DNA from: Verrucomicrobiota bacterium
GTDB lineage: Bacteria > Verrucomicrobiota > Verrucomicrobiia > Opitutales > Coraliomargaritaceae
Assembly: GCA_039815375.1 (NCBI GenBank)
Contig: JBCBZJ010000003.1
Location: 1 to 64,000 of the forward strand
Length of the DNA stretch: 64,000 bases
Direction: 5' to 3'
The position numbers and the translations under genes were made by a program. The notes below the pieces were generated by a model, which had not been told where the DNA came from, searched no databases, and was given only the letters and a program-made list of their open reading frames with translations. This document shows positions 22,698 through 32,056 of the stretch, in pieces; the stretch's first letter is position 1; the number at the start of each line of letters is the position of its first letter.

Positions 22698-24503
22698 GCC
22701 GATGCGACAGCCTTCCCCACTCAAGTCGGCATTACCCACACATACGACGCGCTCGGCCGCATCGAGACGATGGTCGATGCATCCGGCACCACAACGCACA
22801 ACTATGACGAGCGGGGCAACCTGCTCTCTAAGACCAATGCAGCCGGCACGCTCAACTACGTATATGACGCAGCCAATAATCTCCAGTCGACGAGCTCCGA
22901 TAGTACCGGAGGTCTCAACCTGGCTTACGACTATGACGGCTTGAACCGCCTGAGCACGGTGACCGATTCCGGAGCCGCCCAGCCGCCGCTGGAGCACGGC
23001 TATACCTATGATGCCAACGGCAACCTGGAGACTCTAAGCTATAGCAATGGCGTAACCCACACCTGGACCTACGATCGTAAGAATCGTCTAAAAAATCTCA
23101 TGGTGTCCGATACTAGCTTCGCCGCGCTGAGCAGTTACAGCTTTAGTCTGCTCTCAACCGGTCATCGCACCGGCGTGACCGAACTGAGCGGCCGCACCGT
23201 GGCTTATTCATACGACAATCTCTACCGCCTGACAGCGGAGACGATCAGCGGCTCCCCAAATCCCCTGTTCGACGGCACCACCGATTGGGAGTATGACCTC
23301 GTCGGTAATCGCCTCAGCCAGACCTCGGATATAAACCAGATCCTTAACCTGGCCGAGACTTATTCGGAGAACAACTGGCTCGATTCGCATACCTATGACG
23401 ACAATGGAAACACCACATCATCTGCGTCTTACGCTGAGCCAGCTGTTACTTTAGCCGACTATTACGATTGGCGTAATCGCCTCGTCCGCCGCGAAAAGTC
23501 CGATGGCACCGTCATCGAAGTGGTTTACGACGGCAACGGCGACCGGATCAGGAAGACGGTCACACCATTCGGAGGCCCCGGTGAAATCACCTGGTTCCTC
23601 GTCGACCGAAACAACCTCACCGGCTACGCCCAAGTGGTCGAGGAGATCGCTCAAGGTGGTCAGGTCGAAGTGATCTACAGCTATGGCCTCGACCTGATTT
23701 CACAGGACCGCTATGACGCGGACACGGATTCATGGACGCAGAGCTTCTACCTCTACGACGGCCTCGGCTCTGCCCGTGCACTCACGGATGATGCAGGCAC
23801 CGTGACCGACGAATACACGTATGATGCCTGGGGTGTCCTACTGGAGTCTATTGGAACGACTGAGAACCACTACCGCTTCACCGGCGAGCAGTGGGATGAA
23901 GATTTCGACATGTTCTTCCTGCGAGCGCGTTATCTGAATACCGCGACCGGTCGCTTCCACACCATGGATACTTTCGAGGGAGTAGCCACAGACCCCGTTA
24001 CGCTGCACAAATACCTATATGCGCACGTTAACCCTGTGATGTATGTCGACCCGAGCGGATTTGCAGCATTCTGGACTGAACTTCAGCTCGTCCAAACAAT
24101 TCAGTCTGCAATACGTGGTAGTGGAGCCATTGCATTGCGAGTGTCCGTGCGCAAGGGTGGTTGCCTTGCTTTTGAGTATGGAATTGAAAAAGGAATTGAA
24201 GCGGGCTTCTACTTATTTCTAGACAACATTGGTGCATACACTGGACGCTCTGTTGAAGTTGATCGCCGCCTAAAAGAGCATGGCAATCGAATCATGAGGA
24301 GACTTGGTAGAATTTCAGCATCAGTTGGCACTAGCCCTGAGCAATTTAGACAAATTGAACAATATTTGATTGATCGAATGAGAGACGCGTTGAACGCTGG
24401 CCCTGAAGATGTCCGAGGAAAAGGAGGTGTTTCCAACCGAAGAAATGAGTTGAATAAGAAAGCTAGAGAGTTTCTCAGGAAAACCGTTAAATTATGCAAA
24501 TAG
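22692..24503 (+). CDS. 5'-truncated Rhs/YD-repeat protein with a C-terminal GIY-YIG-like toxin domain
   Basis: YD repeats and the core end FTGEQWD..LRARY...GRF..D...YLYAHVNPVMYVDPSG. The frame opens at 22692; the first ATG is at 22770. Confidence 0.9.
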   Translation, partial: WRADATAFPTQVGITHTYDALGRIETMVDASGTTTHNYDERGNLLSKTNAAGTLNYVYDAANNLQSTSSDSTGGLNLAYDYDGLNRLSTVTDSGAAQPPLEHGYTYDANGNLETLSYSNGVTHTWTYDRKNRLKNLMVSDTSFAALSSYSFSLLSTGHRTGVTELSGRTVAYSYDNLYRLTAETISGSPNPLFDGTTDWEYDLVGNRLSQTSDINQILNLAETYSENNWLDSHTYDDNGNTTSSASYAEPAVTLADYYDWRNRLVRREKSDGTVIEVVYDGNGDRIRKTVTPFGGPGEITWFLVDRNNLTGYAQVVEEIAQGGQVEVIYSYGLDLISQDRYDADTDSWTQSFYLYDGLGSARALTDDAGTVTDEYTYDAWGVLLESIGTTENHYRFTGEQWDEDFDMFFLRARYLNTATGRFHTMDTFEGVATDPVTLHKYLYAHVNPVMYVDPSGFAAFWTELQLVQTIQSAIRGSGAIALRVSVRKGGCLAFEYGIEKGIEAGFYLFLDNIGAYTGRSVEVDRRLKEHGNRIMRRLGRISASVGTSPEQFRQIEQYLIDRMRDALNAGPEDVRGKGGVSNRRNELNKKAREFLRKTVKLCK

Positions 24504-25435
24504 GTGAGTCATATTTCTACAAAGGACTAGATGATGAAGACATCCTGATCCTCAATGATCCTCTTGATACGAGAATAAGTCAGGAAATTAAAAATTATAA
24601 TGGCTTGCGTATTGTTGTTCGGAAATATGTTCCTTGGGAAGAGTTTGATTCATCAACCATCGAGGAAAAGGTTTCTGAAATCCGCTTGGAAGATCCAGAC
24701 GCGCCTAATCAACTTGCCTTAAAATTTAGGTATATAGAATCCCTACATCTCCCTAATGAGCCTGAAGAGGGATATTTTTCGAGGTTTCAAAAACTTTCCA
24801 AATGCACGATAGGTGGAGCTCGGAAACTTCCAAAAGATTTAGCTGAGCTTAAGTCGTTAAGGTCACTACAGCTTTTGGACGATTGTAGCTTGAGGCAGGT
24901 AGGGCAGGTAGAGCTTTTTGAGAGCTTTGTAGGTCTTGAAGAATTATACCTTTCGGCTAAGTCTTTGCCGCGTGGCCTTTGTCGTTTAGAGGGGCTTCCT
25001 AATTTGAGATCGTTGTCCCTTAGTGATTGGAAAGGCGATGGATTGAGACTGATTGAAGGGCTTAAGTCTCTTGAAATGATACGTCTCGATTATGCGAATA
25101 AAGTTAGCGGTCTTGATGATTTTGCGGTATGCGAAAAGCTAACAAGTGTTCATCTTGCAGCGATGAAAAGTTTGCGAAATCTGACCGGCTTGGCGTCGCT
25201 TAAAAAACTAACAAGCCTCACGCTTGAGGACTGTGCTGGTATTGAAAGCTTAAGTCCTTTGTTTGCACATCAAAGATTGCGAGATATCAGGCTTTGGGGG
25301 AAGACTAAGATCGAAGACGGAGATATCCGAGGCTTGCTCACCTGCCCAAATTTGAAAGCGGTCGAATATAATAATAGAAGAGGATACAATTTGAAATTTG
25401 AAGAAGTTGAGCAGGAGTTAGCTCGTTTGAAATGA
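24494..25435 (+). CDS. Leucine-rich-repeat protein, putative immunity protein
   Basis: LxxLxL repeats (LKSLRSLQL, LPNLRSLSL, LKKLTSLTL); overlaps the rhs 3' end; AT-rich. Confidence 0.8.
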   Translation: MQIGESYFYKGLDDEDILILNDPLDTRISQEIKNYNGLRIVVRKYVPWEEFDSSTIEEKVSEIRLEDPDAPNQLALKFRYIESLHLPNEPEEGYFSRFQKLSKCTIGGARKLPKDLAELKSLRSLQLLDDCSLRQVGQVELFESFVGLEELYLSAKSLPRGLCRLEGLPNLRSLSLSDWKGDGLRLIEGLKSLEMIRLDYANKVSGLDDFAVCEKLTSVHLAAMKSLRNLTGLASLKKLTSLTLEDCAGIESLSPLFAHQRLRDIRLWGKTKIEDGDIRGLLTCPNLKAVEYNNRRGYNLKFEEVEQELARLK

Positions 25436-25638
25436 CACTTTGTAAGTTTTCTACCTCAATAGTGGTTTATTGTATGTGTGATGGTATAAAAATTACGGAC
25501 ATTATCTCAGCTCTATCGGCAGCCATTGGGGCGCTTACGGGTCTCATTATGGCTTGGTTGGCATACAAAGAGTTCCTAAAGTCGCCTGTCCAAAAAGAAG
25601 TAAGTAGAGCAAACGATTTGGCTCATCAAAGAGTCTAA
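25432..25638 (+). CDS. Small single-TM ORF, possibly truncated at the element end
   Basis: ATGA-coupled to the LRR gene; its stop TAA abuts the left inverted repeat. Confidence 0.4.
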   Translation: MTLCKFSTSIVVYCMCDGIKITDIISALSAAIGALTGLIMAWLAYKEFLKSPVQKEVSRANDLAHQRV

Positions 25639-26727
25639 AAAGGGGACATGTCATTACCTTTGTGGTTGACCTGCTCATTGCGCGACTCCTACTTTCGTGA
25701 ATATGGCTCGTAGTTTACGGATAGAGAAGGAGAACGGAGTGTATCATATCATCAACCGCGGTAACTACCGCCAGGACTTGTTTATCAACGAGGGAGCACA
25801 CACATCGTTTGAGAATTGTCTGTTTGAAGCCTGCGAAAAATGCGGCTGGGTTCTGGAAGGCTTTTGCGTGATGACGAATCATTTCCATCTGGTAGTCCGC
25901 ACTCCGAAAGGGAATCTGATCTACGGTATGAAGTGGTTGCAATCGACGTTTGCGAACCGCTATCACCAGTTTCGTAAGGTGCACGGAAAACTGTTCCAAG
26001 GGCGGTACAAGAGCTTAATTGTCGAAGAAGACAGTCATTTGGGTGCCTTGCTCCACTACGTGCATCTGAATCCAGTTCGTGCAGGAATGGTGACTATCGA
26101 TGAGTTGAAGCACTATCGCTGGTCGAGCTACTGGTATTTGTTCAACAAGCGTAAGCGCCCGCCATTTCTGGATAGTACAGGTGCGCTGATCGGGTCTGGT
26201 GGGCTGGCGGATACTCCTAAAGGGCGAATGCAGTATGAGGACTATCTCAGGTGGCTTTCGACTGATAATGCTGCTCAGAAGGAATTTGCTTTTGAGAAAA
26301 TGTGCCGAGGATGGGCAATCGGAACCAAGGATTTCAAAAAGGCGTTGTTGAAAGAGTTAGAAAAAAGCGATGATGTTGACAACGAGGACAACACCTCGGA
26401 GCGCGACACGATCCTGAGATATGATGGAGCGAGCTTGCGTGAGGCCAATGAACTTCAATGGGAACTACTGCTTGAGAAAGGGTTGTCTGTTTTAGAGAAA
26501 AACGCAGAAGCTCTCGTAAACGATAAAAAGTCTGAAGCTTGGAAGGTTTTGCTTGCAACACTACTAAAGCAGAAGAGTAGCGCGACCAACGTATGGATCA
26601 CTCAAAAGCTCAATATGGGTACCTCCGACGCTGTGAGTCGGTATGTGTCTGAGTTCAAGCATAGCCGCGGGCATGAGAAAAAAGCCTACAAATCGCTAAT
26701 CACAAAGGTAATGACATGACCCCTTTT
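25638..26727 (+). mobile_element. Inverted-repeat-bounded element carrying a Y1 HUH transposase
   Basis: Left end AAAAGGGGACATGTCATTACCTTTGTG (25638-25664) and right end CACAAAGGTAATGACATGACCCCTTTT (26701-26727) are 26/27 complementary. Confidence 0.8.
25703..26719 (+). CDS. REP-associated tyrosine transposase-like (Y1_Tnp) protein with a C-terminal HTH-like extension
   Basis: YHIINRGN, MTNHFHL (HUH), LFQGRYKS, YVHLNPVRAG and YRWSSY motifs. Confidence 0.92.
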   Translation: MARSLRIEKENGVYHIINRGNYRQDLFINEGAHTSFENCLFEACEKCGWVLEGFCVMTNHFHLVVRTPKGNLIYGMKWLQSTFANRYHQFRKVHGKLFQGRYKSLIVEEDSHLGALLHYVHLNPVRAGMVTIDELKHYRWSSYWYLFNKRKRPPFLDSTGALIGSGGLADTPKGRMQYEDYLRWLSTDNAAQKEFAFEKMCRGWAIGTKDFKKALLKELEKSDDVDNEDNTSERDTILRYDGASLREANELQWELLLEKGLSVLEKNAEALVNDKKSEAWKVLLATLLKQKSSATNVWITQKLNMGTSDAVSRYVSEFKHSRGHEKKAYKSLITKVMT

Positions 26728-26750
26728 CGCCGCAACCCCTTTTCGCCGCA
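26719..26750 (+). repeat. Perfect 16-bp tandem duplication ACCCCTTTTCGCCGCA x2
   Basis: 26719-26734 is identical to 26735-26750 and spans the tip of the right inverted repeat. Confidence 0.9.
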
Positions 26751-26840
26751 CCAGTGTATCTGCCTTTTGCCATTGCTAAATCACTGGCCTTTTCGAGATT
26801 AGAGTCTTTTCCTTTCAGCACTACACTAGGCTCGTTTAAG

Positions 26841-27008
26841 ATGAAGAAATGCTACTTACTGCTACTGACCACAATTCTGGCCATAGGTTTAACCTGGACC
26901 GTATCCTATGCGGCTGTGACTTTTATCGATACCACGGTTTGGAGCTCTTTTATTTATTCAGATTCTGTTAGGGTCTTGCTTTTTGAGGAAGGTTTCGAAC
27001 TGGTATAA
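26841..27008 (+). CDS. Small hydrophobic ORF or gene fragment
   Basis: [19 protein letters not shown]..., 55 aa, AT-rich. Confidence 0.35.
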   Translation: MKKCYLLLLTTILAIGLTWTVSYAAVTFIDTTVWSSFIYSDSVRVLLFEEGFELV

Positions 27009-27070
27009 TATCGACTCGGAGTAAGACATTAGAAAAAGACTTCGGGCTCACTTCCGTCCAACTCAGACAT

Positions 27071-28324
27071 ATGAAAATCGTTCTCGCTTATTCTGGAGGG
27101 CTCGACACCTCCGTTCTCGTTAGCTGGCTCAAGGAGCATTACTCTGCCGAAGTTATTACTTTTGCCGCCGATGTCGGGCAAGAGGAAGAGCTCGACGGTT
27201 TGCCCGAAAAGGCGAAGGCGACGGGTGCCTCCACGCACTACACGGTTGATTTGGTCGATGAGTTCGCCCGCGATTTTATTTATCCGATCATGCGGGCCAA
27301 TGCGGTCTATGAAGGGCAGTATCTCCTCGGCACTTCAATTGCACGTCCGCTAATCGGGAAGGCTCATGTCGAGATTGCTGAAAAGGAAGGTGCCGACGCA
27401 GTTGCCCACGGCGCGACTGGTAAGGGCAATGATCAGGTGCGTTTCGAGTTGGCCTATGCCGCGCTCGCACCGAAACTGCAGATCATCTCTCCCTGGAGGA
27501 TGCAAGTCTTCCGTGATACCTTCCCCGGACGCACCGAGATGATCGACTACTGCCGGGAGCACGGCATTGATGTTGAAGCCAGTGCCTCGAAGCCCTATTC
27601 AATGGATCGTAATTTACTGCACATTTCCTATGAGGCAGGTATCCTCGAAGACCCCTGGTTTGATCCGACGACTGAAGAGAACAAAGCGATGTATAAGCTG
27701 ACTGCAGCTCCCGAGGATGCACCGGATGAACCGCAGTATGTCGAACTCGATTTCGAGCAGGGTGATTGCGTGGCGGTTGATGGCGTCGTCATGACCCCCG
27801 CTCAAGTCATGAAGCATCTGAACAAGCTGGCTGGTATTCACGGTGTGGGGCGCGTCGATTTGATCGAAAATCGTTTTGTCGGGATGAAGAGTCGCGGCGT
27901 CTACGAGACGCCGGGTGGCACGATTCTCATGCATGCGCACCGCAATATGGAGACGCTTACCATGGACCGCGATTTGATGCACCTGCGCGATGGTCTCATT
28001 CCGCGTTATGCGCAGCTCGTCTATAACGGCTTCTGGTATGCGCCAGAGCGTGAGGCGCTTCAGGCCTTCATTGATGATTCCCAGAAGAGCGTGACAGGCA
28101 CTGTGCGACTGAAGCTCTACAAAGGAAATATCACTACTGTCGGTAGGAAGTCACCGCTGTCGCTCTACGACGAAAATATAGCCTCCATGGAAGGTGTCGA
28201 AAGTGATTATAATCCAGATGACGCAAGTGGCTTTATCCGATTAAATGCGCTTCGTTTACGCCGCCGTGCGCTTGCTCAAGGTGGACCGGAGATCGCATCC
28301 GAATCCAAGCTCTCGAAGAGTTGA
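27071..28324 (+). CDS. argG: Argininosuccinate synthase
   Basis: [24 protein letters not shown] and [10 protein letters not shown] motifs. Confidence 0.99.
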   Translation: MKIVLAYSGGLDTSVLVSWLKEHYSAEVITFAADVGQEEELDGLPEKAKATGASTHYTVDLVDEFARDFIYPIMRANAVYEGQYLLGTSIARPLIGKAHVEIAEKEGADAVAHGATGKGNDQVRFELAYAALAPKLQIISPWRMQVFRDTFPGRTEMIDYCREHGIDVEASASKPYSMDRNLLHISYEAGILEDPWFDPTTEENKAMYKLTAAPEDAPDEPQYVELDFEQGDCVAVDGVVMTPAQVMKHLNKLAGIHGVGRVDLIENRFVGMKSRGVYETPGGTILMHAHRNMETLTMDRDLMHLRDGLIPRYAQLVYNGFWYAPEREALQAFIDDSQKSVTGTVRLKLYKGNITTVGRKSPLSLYDENIASMEGVESDYNPDDASGFIRLNALRLRRRALAQGGPEIASESKLSKS

Positions 28325-28415
28325 GATTCCAAGACAAGCTATGAAGGTATGAAAGCTGGAAACGAAGAAGGTACTTGGTAAAAAGATACTTCCCGGAGCC
28401 AATCGAAGGAGCGCA

Positions 28416-28440
28416 AAGCCCGTTTGTATGGTTCGGGCTT
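28416..28440. terminator. Hairpin between convergent argG and gspF-like genes
   Basis: AAGCCCG...CGGGCTT stem with no strong U-tract. Confidence 0.35.
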
Positions 28441-28478
28441 AACCTTTAGACCCAACGGCCTATCCATCTTCTTGGCCT

Positions 28479-29753
28479 CTACATCGTGCGGCTGACTTGA
28501 AAAACGCTGGTCACGATGCCGAGCGCGATGAGAGCGACGAGAATGAATGCTGCTGTGAGCGCTCCGGTTGAGACGATGCTCGTCAAGGCAGAGAGTCGCT
28601 TCGTGAGCTCATTGCGAAAGCCGCGCGTGACTTCGTCCATGCTTTGACTAAGGTTACCGGTATTTTCACCAACTGTGAGAATGTCCACCGCAAGGTCGGG
28701 CATGAATTGATTCCGGCGAAAGGCCTGTGCGATCGAGAGCCCTTCGTTTACTTGGTTACGTGCAGTGGCAAAGCGTGCTCGAAGCTCGGTATTGGCAACA
28801 GTTCGTTCAGTCAATTGGAGTATTTCGGTTGTATTGATGCCACTCTGGAGGAGCGTGCTGATCAGATTCCCTGACTGGAAGAGGTCGGCGTAGTAGAAGA
28901 TCTTTCCCAACAATGGAATGCGTAGCAACCACTTGTCCGTTCGGCTTAGCCCACCTTCGGTCAGGCGCCATTGTTTTAAGCCAATCACGGCAAGGATAAA
29001 ACCGATCAGGATGAATGGACCGGCTGATGCCACTAAGCCGGAGCCCTCAATCAAGGCGCGCGCGCTCCAAGTCATTTCACCACCGAGGCGATCAAGCATG
29101 TTTTGAATTTGAGGAAGAAGCACAGTCATAAAAAGGATGACAACTCCCACCGCAACTGTGCAGATAAAGCCAGGGTAGGCCATACTCGCCAGCATCTTCT
29201 GGCGTATCGCTTGTTTCTCCTCTAAATAGTCGATTACCTTTCGCAAAATCGGCGTCAGGTTGCCAGTCGCTTCTCCTGCTTCCACAACATAGCTGACCGA
29301 CCCGGAAAAATATTTTGGTTGTCGCGTCATGGCACCTGCAAGCGTCGCACCTTCACTCAGATCCCGCCAAAGAGATGTTGCGAGTGACTTTTGCTCTCGC
29401 TCATTCAAGCGCTGACTGAGGATGCGAATCGAGTCACCCGCAGGTAGTCCAGAGCCATGGAGTTCCAGGAGGCGTTTTAAAACAGCCAGACCGATACGCT
29501 CTCGCGGGGCCCCTTTTTTGCTGGAACGCACTTCAGATTCAGCAGGTTCAGACTTTTCTGTTTTTAGGAAACGGAGCTTTTCGCTGATACGACTCAGCGC
29601 AGAGTTGCTCCTGTTACTGGATGCTTTCAGCGCAACTGGGCTCAGGCCTTGAGCGGACAAACGTTGCATGGCCATACGGCGATCCGCCGCTTCGATGCTA
29701 CCGCTTACGACACTACCGTCACTTTTGCGGGCCTTATAGTCGAAATTCGCCAT
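28479..29753 (-). CDS. Type II secretion system F / PilC family protein
   Basis: [22 protein letters not shown] and VGENTGNL motifs; 3 TMs. Confidence 0.92.
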   Translation of the reverse strand: MANFDYKARKSDGSVVSGSIEAADRRMAMQRLSAQGLSPVALKASSNRSNSALSRISEKLRFLKTEKSEPAESEVRSSKKGAPRERIGLAVLKRLLELHGSGLPAGDSIRILSQRLNEREQKSLATSLWRDLSEGATLAGAMTRQPKYFSGSVSYVVEAGEATGNLTPILRKVIDYLEEKQAIRQKMLASMAYPGFICTVAVGVVILFMTVLLPQIQNMLDRLGGEMTWSARALIEGSGLVASAGPFILIGFILAVIGLKQWRLTEGGLSRTDKWLLRIPLLGKIFYYADLFQSGNLISTLLQSGINTTEILQLTERTVANTELRARFATARNQVNEGLSIAQAFRRNQFMPDLAVDILTVGENTGNLSQSMDEVTRGFRNELTKRLSALTSIVSTGALTAAFILVALIALGIVTSVFQVSRTM

Positions 29754-29881
29754 GACCTAATCCACTGTCCTGCAGGCGCAACTGAGTCGATGTTTTTTTC
29801 AAATCGATCAGTCTCCCCAGTGTGGCGATATCCACTCAATACGAGGAACAAACCTTGCCTCTATGAGACCAAAACTACTCA

Positions 29882-30682
29882 ATGCCGTCGATGTTTCGCT
29901 TTCGTCACAGTTTAATTCTGCTTTTGTGGATTACTACGCTACACGCTAACGACGGTAGCCTCCTCCATATGCCAACAGTGGACCTTGAGAACATTGTGAG
30001 GCGAACACCCATGCCGGAGCTGGGTAAGAACCGGATCGCGAAGATTCTCCAGCGTTACTATGACGAAGGTCTTGGTGGTCCTGAAAATTGGGGGCAGGTC
30101 GAGAGCCTTTATACCAGCGGCAGGCTGATTTTAAAGGACAGTGAACTCGTTCTAAACGCATTTCAAAAAAAACCCAACTATATCAAAATGATGCTTAGTC
30201 GCCCCGCCAACGCCGAGAGCATCATTCTCGCCTACGATGGTAAATTGGCCTGGCAAAAAATGGGGGTAAATGCCACGCCACAGCCGATGGTAGAGGCGGA
30301 GTCGCGACGCTTTATCCATAGTTCCCTTTTTGGGAATCATCTACTCTATCCTTTTGCGGAGGGTAAGACGATCCGTTACATTGATACGGTGCCTGTGGAG
30401 GGCACGATTTGTCACCAGATACGAGTGACACTGGATACGGAATACCAAGTCGATTATTTCATTGATATTCGAACTTTCCTCGAGAAGAAAGTCCAGAATA
30501 CAGACTTGCGCACGAACAAGAGCAACAGTGTCATCTACAAAGACTATACTCGGGAATATGTTATGCCCATTGCGCGGAAAGTGGACAGTATGGAAGAAGG
30601 CAAATGGGTCAGCACCATGATTGTCGAAGAGGTCAAAGTAAACCTGGGCCTTATGCCCTGGATGTTCGACCTGCCGAAATAG
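29882..30682 (+). CDS. Exported LolA-like / lipoprotein-sorting-fold protein
   Basis: Signal peptide, GG..NW, KKPNY and YDGKLAW motifs; ends VNLGLMPWMF. Confidence 0.65.
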   Translation: MPSMFRFRHSLILLLWITTLHANDGSLLHMPTVDLENIVRRTPMPELGKNRIAKILQRYYDEGLGGPENWGQVESLYTSGRLILKDSELVLNAFQKKPNYIKMMLSRPANAESIILAYDGKLAWQKMGVNATPQPMVEAESRRFIHSSLFGNHLLYPFAEGKTIRYIDTVPVEGTICHQIRVTLDTEYQVDYFIDIRTFLEKKVQNTDLRTNKSNSVIYKDYTREYVMPIARKVDSMEEGKWVSTMIVEEVKVNLGLMPWMFDLPK

Positions 30683-30711
30683 GACACACGTTTGCGACGG
30701 AACCATTGGCA

Positions 30712-31731
30712 ATGCGCAAAGAATTTTCAGAAGTGTTTTCTCGAAACAGCCAGCGTGGAACTAAGCGGATTTTTCCATGGGACGGCTTGGCACCCGTGTT
30801 TTTCACTTTTTTGTTTCTTGGCTCATCTATAGCGGCAATCGCAGAGGAAACCGAAAAGCCCCCCGGGCCGATGGATACTGAGGGCCTCGAGCCTCGGATC
30901 GCTGATATTCTGGGCAATTATTATGAGCGAACTTTTGGCAGTGAGGCAAATTGGGAGCGGATCCAGAGCATTCGCTATGATGGCATAATTCATCTACCAG
31001 ATGGATCAGCCCGCTTCACTGCATTCAAAAAGAAGCCGGACTATTGCAAAGTCTTCGTTTTTGCCGAGAACGGCGGCCGATTTGTATTATCCTACGATGG
31101 CCGAGATGCCTGGCAGCTCAATACCACGATCAGTTCCCAGGAACCTCAGTCGATACCCTCAGACGAAGCGGTTAATTTCATTCGCGATGCCAGCACAGGC
31201 GGACACCTGCTTTACCCGCAGATTGAGGGTAAAATAATCCGTTTGCTCGGCACGACTGTAGTCGAAGGAAAGAAGTGCTACGATTTCGAAGTGGTCCTAC
31301 CCGACGGGCAGCTTATTCAATATGCGCTGGAGTTGGGTTTGCTGGTCGAGCGACAGCAGATCACTGTAAACGCCGTGAACCAGCAGAAAGAAATCCTCAT
31401 CCACTCCGATTTTAGAGTGATTGATGGCCTAAGGTTACCGTTTGATAGTGTCAGGAAATCAAAGGGCGAGGTGATCCATCGTATCGAACTGTTTCAGGTC
31501 CGGACAAACCTTGGCATCATGCCCTGGATGTTTGGCCGACCGTCTGGTGATTACATGCCTGGTGAGCTGCTGGAGGACCTCGAATCGGATCTTGAGCCGT
31601 CGCTCACAAATGATCCCGCGCAAATGCAAAGCACTGACTTTTCGGCTTTTGCGCCTTCTAATTTCCCTGAGCTTTCGGAAGAAGAAAAGGATTCGATTCT
31701 TCACGAGATTGATAGGGACGACCTTCAGTAA
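30712..31731 (+). CDS. Paralogue of the upstream LolA-like protein, with an acidic tail
   Basis: KKPDY, YDGRDAW, GHLLYP and TNLGIMPWMF are shared with 29882..30682; start uncertain. Confidence 0.65.
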   Translation: MRKEFSEVFSRNSQRGTKRIFPWDGLAPVFFTFLFLGSSIAAIAEETEKPPGPMDTEGLEPRIADILGNYYERTFGSEANWERIQSIRYDGIIHLPDGSARFTAFKKKPDYCKVFVFAENGGRFVLSYDGRDAWQLNTTISSQEPQSIPSDEAVNFIRDASTGGHLLYPQIEGKIIRLLGTTVVEGKKCYDFEVVLPDGQLIQYALELGLLVERQQITVNAVNQQKEILIHSDFRVIDGLRLPFDSVRKSKGEVIHRIELFQVRTNLGIMPWMFGRPSGDYMPGELLEDLESDLEPSLTNDPAQMQSTDFSAFAPSNFPELSEEEKDSILHEIDRDDLQ

Positions 31732-32006
31732 TGCTGAGAAAGGTCCTGTCGTAACAACTTTTCCAAGCAAATCGGCCCGGAGCCTGCTAACAAAAGGGGT
31801 ATCCTCTGCGCTGCAACTTTTGCGCGTTCGAGTCGATTTTACTAAAAACTAAAGCAAAAACCGTCGGCCTTTTTCTTCAACTCACTTGCAAACAGCGAAA
31901 TACGCACATTTATAATACAAAAAAAGCATAGTTGCTGAGTAGATTTTTCTGTAAAAAATACTCAAAACTTTAAAACATTCATTATAACTCAATAACTCGT
32001 CTTTTT

Positions 32007-32037
32007 TTGACTTGTCTCCACAATTTCCTGATATAAT
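32007..32037 (+). promoter_or_regulatory. Putative promoter with an extended -10
   Basis: TGaTATAAT at 32029-32037 and TTGACT at 32007-32012, within an AT-rich region. Confidence 0.55.
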
Positions 32038-32056
32038 CCTGTAACTCTAAATAGCT

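Noticed and set aside
22543..22944. 133-aa ORF as an independent gene
   Set aside because: Only its middle is PKD-like; the rest is out-of-frame Rhs sequence, so it is treated as a pseudogene fragment
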